Source: Eledone cirrhosa
Taxonomy: Eukaryota
Direction of reading: 5' to 3'
NCBI GenBank assembly: GCA_964016885.1
Contig: OZ024740.1
Location: 152,086,001 to 152,150,000 of the forward strand
Length of the DNA: 64,000 nt
A program made the position numbers and the translations under genes. Positions 53,661 through 64,000 of the stretch are shown piece after piece; positions within the stretch are counted from its first letter, which is position 1; every line of letters starts with the position of its first letter. The notes beneath the pieces are model-generated. The model had not been told where the DNA came from. It ran no database searches and saw only the letters and a program-made list of their open reading frames with translations.

Positions 53661-54229
53661 TTCAAATGGCTAACATTGTGCTAACTGTAGCAACAGTTAT
53701 GGCAATTCGTATTTTACTAATATTTCCTATTTCTTTTGTTTTTATTTATAGTTAATCAATTATCATATATTTTATGAGTTTAATATCTTTCCTCAGACGT
53801 CGCTAGCTGTCATTTCTGCTACGACTCACTGAATAGATATCTTTATAAATCTTCCTGACTATTGAACCCTGACATCCCACCGCCACCATCAACCCCCGCC
53901 ACCACATCACCACATTCCAGTAGCATCAGCAGTGATATTAAAATCAAGAGTTTGATCAAAGTTACCAGGATAGCAAGAGTAAAATAGCAAAATGAAGCTG
54001 TGGCATAAAACAAAACCTATGAAATCTGTTGGCTCATGCAGTGAAACCAAAGCCACCTTCTCAGCATTTCATTTTTCATATGATTAATGCTTAGTACACA
54101 TCATCCTATACATATGTATCGTCCACTAACTCCTGATAGGGACGCTGTATTAACATACGGTGTTTATTGGGCATTTTAAGCCTGGCCGAGCCCATCCCTC
54201 TCCAGGACTGAGTACAGCAGATTTCTTCC

Positions 54230-55290
54230 AGAGAGAGGAAGAATCGACCCCAGCACTAGACTGGTACTTTTTTTTTTATCGAACTCGAATGGATGAAAGA
54301 CAAAGTTGACTTCGGTGGGATTTGAACTCAGAGAGCAGAGAATACGAAACGAATACCATAAAGCATTCTATCCGCCGTTCTAACGTCTCTGCCAATTCGC
54401 CGCCTCTCCACACATTAAACCTGCATCCTAAATATTAGGCTTCCTTTTCATGGTAAATTGACAGAGTTGTTCAAAATGGCTGTCTTTGTGGATTCCATCC
54501 TTTTTCAGGTCGGAACATTGTCGATTTCTTAGAATGAAAGAAAGGAAGAGAGAGTACGATAAAGAGAGACAGAGGAAGAACAGCAAACCAGGTACTGGGG
54601 TAGTCGTTTAAAATATCGACCTCGAAAGGATGAAAAGCAAATTGACTGGAACAGGACTTTAACTCAGAGCAAAGAGAACAAACGAATACCATGAAGCATC
54701 CTATTTGATGTTCTAAGGACTCTGCCAATTCGCCACCTTACAACCTTAGCAAGAAACAATAATAATTCTGGTTATTTATTTTAATGGTCACAATAGCACA
54801 AGGCTTTAGGGAAACTTCGACAACGAAAAAACAACACGTTGTGGGGACTAAAACGAATAAAGGGGAGATGAACTAAAAAAAAAATAAACTGTAGATATAT
54901 CAATATCGCTTTCTAACATTGGAACAAGGTCAGTTATTCGCGACAAGGAGAAAGTCAATTATATTGATCCCAGTACTTAACTGGTACTTCATTTTACCGA
55001 CACCGGAAATATGACTGGCCATGTTAACCTCGGTGAGATTTGAATTCAGAACGTATAGAGCTGGAAGAAATACTATAATGACATTTTATCCGAATCTGTA
55101 CGAATTCTGCCAATCCAACACACTATATATCAATAAGGATTTCTGATTTAGACACGAGGCCAACAAATTTGAGGTGGGAAGGTAAAGTCCATTAAGTCAA
55201 CCCCGCAAGAATGAAGAGCAAAGCTAACCTCGGTGGGATTTGAACTTAGAACGTAAAAGGCCGTGACTCTTGGCCGTAAAGCATATCAAT
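54230..55290 (-). mobile_element. Cluster of about four older SINE copies
   Basis: Repeated GGATGAAAG..AAAGTT..CTCGG..GGATTTGAACTCAG motifs. Confidence 0.75.
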
Positions 55291-55639
55291 AATGATGATA
55301 AATAGCAAAAGTAAACAATACAAAAAAATAGAAGTCAACAAAGAAAAGTTCCCCAATAGTAAGTGTCACCTAGGGTAATTCCAGAAAAAAAACACACCAC
55401 ACACAAAATCCCGGATTACTATGTAACATCAAAGGTATTGAGAGTGCACACATCCGGTTTCTTTCCTCCTGTTTATAAAAATGTGGGCAAAGTAAAGCCT
55501 CCCAGTATCACTGCTAAATGAAAATTGATGAAATGCGAAAATGATTTGCTTATATATGTATTTATATAATTATTCACTTATATATATATATATATTGAAT
55601 TTCATAACATCTTGTTACACACACACACATACATATATC

Positions 55640-55699
<60 letters not shown>

Positions 55700-55709
<10 letters not shown>

Positions 55710-56345
55710 TGTAGTTCCGGTCTGTTTGTTTGTTCACGAACTCCTCCTATGGTTTTGGAGATAGACCCCCCATAACCATATATATTCTGAAACTACATTG
55801 CCCAGGGTACTTGGATAAGTATATTTCATTTTAATCAACGGGTTCCCCTGGGGCACAAATCCTCGCTGAAATGTTTTCCTTTCGATTTATATGAAATTTA
55901 AACCATAGGTAAATGACAAGATATGATGCCTATTCACAAAATTTCAATAATATTAAGACACCCTAATGGGGATTAAACCCCCTATAGTGAAAGTTTTGGA
56001 AGCTCATAACTTGAATCACAAAATTTCAATAATATTAAGACACCCTAATAGGGATTAAACCCCCTATAGTGAAAGTTTTGGAAGCTCATAACTTTGAATT
56101 TCTAATTTGAAAATAATGCTTACACAAAAATGAAATGATCAAGTTTTGAATTGATATTTTGAAAAAAGTTATTTACAAGAAACAAAATAAGAATAAGATT
56201 TAATAATGTAATTTTGATTTGATATATTAAAAAAAATAATGTTTTCCAATTTTTCATGCATTACATTTTACATTGAGTAATATTGAAATGCAGAGTTTTT
56301 CTCCATAAATTATATCACTGATTTAAAATCAATCAATTTGTTTTA
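55700..56345 (+). mobile_element. Probable non-autonomous Helitron-type 5' region with an 82-bp tandem duplication (55934-56098)
   Basis: TATATAAAGTT..GTCTGTTTGTTTGTT start resembles Helitron/DINE-type left ends. Duplication read directly. No 3' terminus found. Confidence 0.4.
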
Positions 56346-56608
56346 ACTATATATATATATATGCGAGAAAAACCACAAACCCTCCATCTCAATTCTACTT
56401 TTGAAAAGCACAAGAACTGCGGAACCAAATCGATATTTTTTTTTTTTTAAAGACTCCAGTTGCATTTTCGATTTCATCTTTTTTCCTTATACTTTCACTC
56501 GTGTAGGACACCACTTTTTTTTTCATTTTGTAAAAAGGCCTCACTTTCTAATATATATATATATATATATATACATTATATACATACATTATATATATAT
56601 ATACTTTA

Positions 56609-57005
56609 ATACTTTGGGAGGGACAAGATGCCAATAAAAACACAAGCACCGGTTGGTTTTTATTTCAATTTATTATTTCGAGTTGGTTAGTTTAATGACC
56701 GGATGGTATTTTATTTATTGTCAAAGCTCTTTCGTCACACAGTCTGTGACTAAACAAAATGGTGTAGAACAGAACAAAGAAGACACTAAATGAAAAAAGA
56801 GTCAATGAGGAGGTAAAGAATGTGTGACAATAAATAAACAACCATCCGGTAATTAATCTAACCAACAGGAGATTTATAATAAATATAAGTGAAAATCAAC
56901 ATGTGCGTGTGTTTTTATTGGCAACATGACCCTCCCAAAGTATAACTATCTATTTCAAAACACATTTTCAGATAATAGATCTTGCAAAAGAAATACAGAA
57001 CCAAA
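56609..57005. mobile_element. Diverged inverted pLTR pair of the PLE family at 141-2510
   Basis: ATTGGCAACATGACCCTCCCAAAGTATAAC and tail shared. The left arm breaks at the GTCACA hammerhead helix II. Confidence 0.75.
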
Positions 57006-57009
57006 GTAA

Positions 57010-57044
<35 letters not shown>

Positions 57045-57381
57045 CTTTGTTTTTGTTGTGCCGCAGTAAAGGTTACTTAACTAAATGTATTATGTCCATG
57101 TCAACTGATGACGTCGCCGATTGAACTGCATCATGATCTAATGAAGAATTCCATTAAGCACAGAAATACTTATTATGGCGAATTATGCAAGAAATTAATT
57201 ATTGGAACCTGGCCTTCACATATGTTTCATCGAAGTATTTAACTCCGTTCCTGCACCGCCCACATCTATAACAGAAGATACAGATGACATTGTCTGCTTT
57301 TTTATTATTACGCCATAGATGCTGATTGGAATGACTGGATCACAAACCCAACCAACTATTAGTGAAACTATACAGCGTAAA

Positions 57382-57556
<175 letters not shown>

Positions 57557-58451
57557 CATATATTTGCTTTATGACTGTCTTGCAAGACCACTAGATAGCT
57601 AGATAGGTAGTTAATCGGTTCATACATACATTTATATATATTACACGCATACATACATGTATAAAAGAAGGAAAGAAAGAAAGAAACTTCCAGAACATAG
57701 CAATATACACGTAGTTATTCGTAAATGAAAAATAATCTGTAAATGGCGAACGGATTACATTAGTTGAATTTTCTGTGTCTGCTGGGAGAGCCAAAGAAGT
57801 CCGTCTTAAGATATATGAGTAGAGCAGACGATAAATCAATACACCATACAATACGTGAACGGAATATGATCGAATGGTGAAGGAGTTCGTTTTTCAATCA
57901 TTAGGTCCATGGTTTGATCTCACTGCGTGGCACCTTGAGCTCGTATCAATTACCACAGCTTCACAACTCCGGCCTACCCATTCCTCATGAGCGAGGGAAA
58001 GAGTTACGCCCCTTTACGATCTGAGTTCCGCCCCTATACGATCTGAGTTCAAATTCTGCCGAGGTTACCTTTGCCTAATACCAGTAATACACTGGAGTCG
58101 ATTTAATCGAGTTTCTCCTTCCCCAAATATGTTGGTTTTGTGCCTAAATTAGAAAACAATATTTATAGAATTTTATATTTGCTACATTTTGCCTGCAAAT
58201 ACAACATCTTCTAATCGGTTAACCATGAATTTTAAATATACAACCATCACAACGCATTACAATAAATTACATGTGATAGTATTTGATAACAAAATTATTA
58301 GTTGAAAATACTGTACGTAATAAAGGCATCTATGAATTATGCTATGCTACTAATTAGCATGATATACTAACTGGCCTCGTAGAAATTCCACGGTTATATT
58401 CAAATAATGACCAAGTATTAAATGATAAGTATCTATATGACATTTGAAATG

Positions 58452-58538
<87 letters not shown>

Positions 58539-58549
58539 CATATATATAT

Positions 58550-58590
<41 letters not shown>

Positions 58591-59060
58591 GAGAGAGAGA
58601 GAGAAAAAAGAGAGAGAGAGAAATGGCTTCTACAGGACTAGAACTGTTTCATTTGAAGGAACTCATCAGGAAAGAGCTTTCCTTGTGATTTCCTTCAAGT
58701 GAAAAAGTTCTAGTCCTGTAGAAGCCATTTCTATATTAAATATTGTAAATACTCTACTATGTATTGAGTACCTTACTTACTGTGGTTACCCCCGATTGAA
58801 CCCAGGATACACACACACACATATATATATACATCATATATATATATATATACATATATATACATATATATATATATATGTAAACACGATATCTTACTTT
58901 CTTCTTGCTTTTTTTCTTCCTTCCTTTCTTTCATTGATGACCCTCGTTCTATAAGAGCACCACACTTTTTCCCTGACGTCACATAAAATTATACGTGTAC
59001 TTGTAGCTTAATTGCTATATATTAAAGTTTTTACTCTCGTCTCTTACTCTACTGTACAGC

Positions 59061-59271
59061 GTTTGGCTTGTATCAGACGCTAGGCCAGCAGTACCGGTGA
59101 TATGGGTCAAAACTGTCAAGGGATCACCTCATAATGTCCACCAATAAAAATATGAACGAAGGACACAGAACTCCACGATTATCGGCCGTTGAGGTGAACT
59201 TTGGCAGTTTCGACCCCTACCAATGGTACTGCTTGGCCACCCGGGGTCACAGCGTCTGACGCAAGCCTAAA
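59061..59271. mobile_element. ~210-bp fold-back MITE-like element
   Basis: Imperfect ~70-bp inverted arms (GGCTTG..CAGACGCT..GCAGTACC..CACCTCA / TGAGGTG..GGTACTGC..AGCGTCTG..CAAGCC). Confidence 0.7.
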
Positions 59272-60420
59272 TATGCTATTCATACATACATACATACATA
59301 CATACATACACACATACATACATACATACATACATATGTATGTATGTAATGCTCAGTTAGGTGCACGTTAATTCCATGAGCGGGCTGTTCGGTTGATCAA
59401 GCAACTAAGACACTAGTCATCGTAACCGACGGAGGTCCGACAGACAGAGAGAGAGAGAGAGAGAGAAAAGAAGAAGAAGAAGAAATATCTTTGTTACATT
59501 TAGGATTCTTGCTATTGGTATTGTTTATTTATATATTTCTCCATTGTATGTTGTTCTTTCTTTTTCTTAAATGAAGATTTTGTATTATCATATCTTCACA
59601 ATAAGATGGAGAGATATTGAATTTTCTTTCTATTTTCTTTTATATATTTCTTCCCTTTTTCATTTCTTCTCTTCTTTCCTTAATCTATCTTTCTATCTTC
59701 TCCACTCCTCTCTCCTTTTATCTTTCTTTCTATCTTATTCACCACCCTCCTTTCTTCCTTTCTTTTCTTTATTTATTTCTTACTTTCTATTTGTCGACAA
59801 GGTAGAACAAGCAAAATTAATAAATACACATGTAAACATGATTTAATTAAAAATAAAATCTTAAAAATGAAAACAAAAAAAAATTACAAAAACAATAAAC
59901 GTTGGTGAAGTTGTGCGGTGGTTGCCGGAATCGGATAGAAGTGAAATCTTGTACAGCTGTCGGAGATGATTATTATTAAACTCTGCTGGAGGGAAAATAC
60001 CCCCCCCCCCCCCCGCCCCTAAAAAAAAATATTAAAACGGAGTTACGTGAAATTATTTTGGTTTATGTCGGCAGTCACAGCAACTGAGAATGAAATATAC
60101 GAAACAATGAAAAACAAAAAAAATCCAACCGAGGTAATCAATGCAGGAAGAGGGTGGCGAGCGATTTTAGAAAGATAAGCATTGGCTGGATGGAGTGTAC
60201 AAAATAGTAAACGAATGTAATGCTATAGGCAAGTCAAAGAAAATGGAATTTCTATGGACGATCAACCTTCTAGAAACTAGCAGTCAAAATCTCCCTCAAA
60301 TCACACCATACCATTTTAGGAATCTATAGAAAAACTACACCCATCACTCGCAATCGCTAAGGGTTTTAAGTGCCCATGGATCAAGCAAAACAATTTGACT
60401 GCCTCGATATCTTATGAACA

Positions 60421-60477
60421 GTGGGATGGGAGCATATTTGCTTTGTTGCCAACAAAGCAAATATGCTCCCATCCCAC
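60421..60477. repeat. Perfect 28-bp-arm palindrome with 1-nt spacer
   Basis: GTGGGATGGGAGCATATTTGCTTTGTTG-C-CAACAAAGCAAATATGCTCCCATCCCAC. Confidence 0.95.
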
Positions 60478-60719
60478 GCTAATGATTTAACCCCAGGTCA
60501 ATCCTGTAGAGCCGAGCTCCTGCTTTTTAAGGGTCTGTATCATTAGCGTTGCCATCAAAGCAAAGAGAGAGAAATCTGAGCTGTGGGTTGTTCAATTCTA
60601 GAAAATAAAACAAAGGAAAGTTGCCGATCGTCAGATCGGCTAAAAGAAACAATATTTCCATCGTCTTTCTTTTGCTGATACTATCAGCCGGTTTTAACTC
60701 CTAGCAGAAGAACCAACGT

Positions 60720-61545
60720 ACATCGACCTCAAAAGGATGAAATGCAAAATTAACGTAGACAGGAATTGAACACAGAACGTAGAGACGGAAGAAATATGGC
60801 TGAGCATTTATCAATGTTTTAGCGACTTTGATAATCCACATCCTTTATGATGGTTTCTGATTTAGGTACAAGGCCAACAATTTGTGGGGAGGGGAAAATC
60901 GATTAAATCAACCCCAGTGCAAAACTACATGTCGTAAAGCATGTCCGACTCTCTACCGATGCCAATCCACTATCCTTCAACCCTTTATAATAACAATCGT
61001 TTTTATCACAAGCACAAAGACAGGAATTTTTAAGGGAGAGAAATACTCGATGAATAGATAGCAGTAAATATAGTAATTTATTTTATCGACACCGGGAAAA
61101 TGAATGGTAGAATTGACGTTTCCACAGTTTGAACTCAGAACATAAAGATAATTCTATATGATCTGATATTGAAATATCGTAAATATTTTTCACCCACCTA
61201 CACACTATACCATACTTGTATTTATCTATCAAGAGAGTTGAATTTTCAATCCTCCGAACGAGAAGCAAGAAGGAATTTGAAAGTATATAGTTGTCACAAA
61301 GGAACAAAAACACAAATTTGGTATGGAGGTAGTCGATGAAATCGCACACCTCAGTACTTAGCTGATATTTTATTTTATTGACCTCAGAAAGGTGAAAAAT
61401 TGAACTTTGCGGGATTTTAACTCAGAACGCAAAGTACCGCAAAACATTTTGTTCTGTGCGTTCAGGATTGTGTCAATCCACCGCCTTCATATAAATGGTT
61501 TCTAATTTTGACACAGGGCCGGCAAATTTGGGGAGGAAAGGAAAG
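60720..61545 (-). mobile_element. Cluster of decayed SINE copies
   Basis: Same core motifs as the other SINEs, diverged. Confidence 0.65.
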
Positions 61546-62014
61546 TGAACTGTATGAAAACAATTGAAAAATCACTCTATGTGAATTATTGAAAGCCGCT
61601 CGGAGAGTGGTGTTTTTCTTAGTAATAAACAATAAAATGTTAACTTGTTATCACAGTATGATTACGATAGAATTACAATACTTTGAACTACATTACACTA
61701 CAAACGTGCACACCAGTAAAACATGGAATTAACAAAAGAAAGTTAAATGCATTTCAAGCGCAGGTTAGTGGGGTAGGTCACACACGTGTCTAATTAACAG
61801 TAAGAATGATTCAGGAAATTAGTTAAGCCTTTTGATAGGAACTCAGCCAATAACGGCTGTTTCTATGAAACACACCACCGATTTTTTTTATCTAAATAAA
61901 AATCTTCCAACACTATTTTACAAGAACCATCTGTTAAGTTACTGCCATAGTAGTAAAACAATTAATAATTTTGAGAAATCCTCCTCCCACCATCACATTT
62001 TTTAAAGATTAACT

Positions 62015-62450
62015 CAAATAAGGAGCCTGGGCGCAGCTGGCTTTCGATCTCAACTGAAGCCAGCAGGCCTAGACCGCGGAGATGGCAAATGCCCCGACGG
62101 AATCACCCTCTTCCCATTCGAAGAAGGTAGATCCCTCATCTGGGACGCCACCTGCTGCGACATGTTCTCCGTCTCCAACTTAGTCGCTTCGGCCACAAAC
62201 CCCGGCATCGCGGCCCGCCTCGCAGAAGAACGAAAAATAAACAAATAACGGAGTTTGTCCGACCGCTTCATCTTCGCACCGGTCGCCATCGAGACCTCAG
62301 GCATACTTGGACCCCATACAACTGAGTTCCTCCGCAAGATCGGAATGTCGACTGCCCGTCTGAGGAAGGACCCCGCGAGGCTGGGTGACTGTTGCAGCGG
62401 GTGTCACTGGCCATTGTCCGCGGAGCGCAGCCCTTCTTCCCCCATGCCCT
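62015..62450 (+). pseudogene. CRE-like non-LTR element 3' fragment (RLE domain)
   Basis: KPAGLDRGDGKCPDGITLFPFEEGRSLIWDATCCD...AEERKINK*..FAPVAIETSGILG...LLQRVSLAIVRG. Confidence 0.85.
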
Positions 62451-63039
62451 AGGCCCAATCACCCTCCCCTTTCTCCTGCGACACTAGAGTTCTTGCCATC
62501 CCCTCCCCTTCCCGATCATTTTTCTTTCTTTTTCTCTCAATATTTTCCTTCTTTTTCTTTTTTTAATATTGTTGTTATTATCATTATCATTATTGCTGTA
62601 AATAAAAAAAATATTTCATATGAAGAAACAGGAGCAAGAGGAGAGGCTATGAATATTTCACCGGCAGCCATAGAATACGAATGTATATGTGTGTGTGTAC
62701 GTGTGTACATAGATAAGTTCATAAACGCATATATATATGTATGTATTCATTTATTATGACTTTTCTGAGATCGATAAAATAAGTACTGAGAGGGTGCATT
62801 TTCATTGAATACATCCATACCAAATTTGTGTTTTTGTTTCTTTATGACAAGACTCAATTTAGCCATAATAAATTGATATTTAAACTCTACTTCGATATGG
62901 AGTATTCTTTCTTCTCGTCCGTCAACTACGGATATCGAAGTAGAGTTTAAATATCCATTTATTATGGCTATATATATATGGTCCACCTCCCTCGATGTTA
63001 AGTCCATATATGCAGTCATCCGCCACGCCGGTAGCAATT

Positions 63040-63720
63040 TGGCCCTCCTCTATTTCCTCAGCCTTCGTTCATCGCACCAATCTCCACCTCCACACTTATC
63101 TGCCTGGCTGATTCTCTTTCTCGGGTGAGATATACCAACAGACGACAGAAGTGGCCATGGGCCCCAGCTACGGCAACTTATTCGTCGGCTATGTTGAGAC
63201 CCAAATCTTTTCCCAATATACCGGCCCCACTTCTGACCTATATAGATACATTGATGACTATCGGCGCCACGTCACTTACCTGAATACAGCTCGATCCCTT
63301 CCTTTGTTCTTTCTACTCCTCCTCAATCTCCACCACTTCCTGGATATCTCTATTTCCATTGACCACTCTACTCGCCCCCTCATCACGTGTGCCTTCTTCA
63401 AACCTACCGACTCCACCTCCTGCAATCCTTTCCATACCAAACACTCCATCCCCTACTCCCAATTCCTTCGTCTCTACCGTCTATACAGTCGAGCCCATAA
63501 TTTTGAGGCTCAGGGTCATTGCATGGCTAGACGCTTCTCCCGATGAGAATACCCTTACCCTGATACAAGTCACGCTCATCTGTAGCCGTGGAGTCGACCA
63601 CACGTTTGTCCTTACACCGAGTCACTCCCCCTAACCCACCAACAGGCTACCATTTTCCCTTACTTACCACCCTTCCAATGTGCACACAATATTAACAACG
63701 TTCTCGTCCGCAGTTCCCTA
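63040..63720 (+). pseudogene. Neptune-like PLE RT fragment
   Basis: YQQTTEVAMGPSYGNLFVG..YRYIDD..HFLDISI..FKPTDS..SIPYSQFLRL. Confidence 0.85.
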
Positions 63721-63906
63721 CCTTCTTCCAACTTGGGGTAGGGCTGATCGGAATCATGGAAATGGTGCATCGGTCCAGGTAACTCAAATTTCCTACTCAC
63801 ACGAAGTCGTCTTCCACATTGATTGACGTATAAGTGTACACTTTAATCAATTAGTTTCAAATTTTAATAATACGGACTTACTCAAATTATATAAGTTCAC
63901 ACACAT

Positions 63907-63962
63907 ACAGGATGTCCACAAAAATGTATACACACTTTGTATACATTTTGTACACACCTGTA
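63907..63962. mobile_element. Tiny Tc1/mariner-type palindromic MITE
   Basis: TA-CAGG...AAAATGTATACA / TGTATACATTTT...CCTG-TA. Confidence 0.55.
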
Positions 63963-64000
63963 CAGGCAATATTTATTAGAATGCTGATGAAGTGTGTATA

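Noticed and set aside
62747-63037. 96-aa minus-strand ORF
   Set aside because: Non-ATG start, no motifs or splice support, wedged between TE remnants.

Overview
AT-rich, microsatellite-dense eukaryotic DNA, almost all transposon-derived. The SINE families and simple-repeat make-up suggest a coleoid cephalopod such as Octopus (inference, not a database result). Main contents: (1) a full-length but disabled 7.2-kb Helitron (10509-17750, minus) with both termini and about 18 tandem 23-aa STPR-like repeats at its N-terminus; (2) several Penelope-like elements (PLEs) and many short PLE-type inverted-repeat fragments in (TA)n arrays, together carrying about a dozen minimal type I hammerhead ribozyme motifs, several with non-canonical helix II; (3) a cluster of bipartite non-autonomous RTE derivatives in (CATA)n arrays with a covarying 5' RNA structure; (4) Tc1/mariner, hAT, RTE, R4/Dong-like and CRE-like remnants and many tRNA-derived SINEs. 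No complete host gene is visible, only two candidate exons (7696-7812 minus, 30574-30695 plus). Most ORF-track entries are microsatellite artefacts. All alignments and folds were done by eye, so boundaries are approximate.
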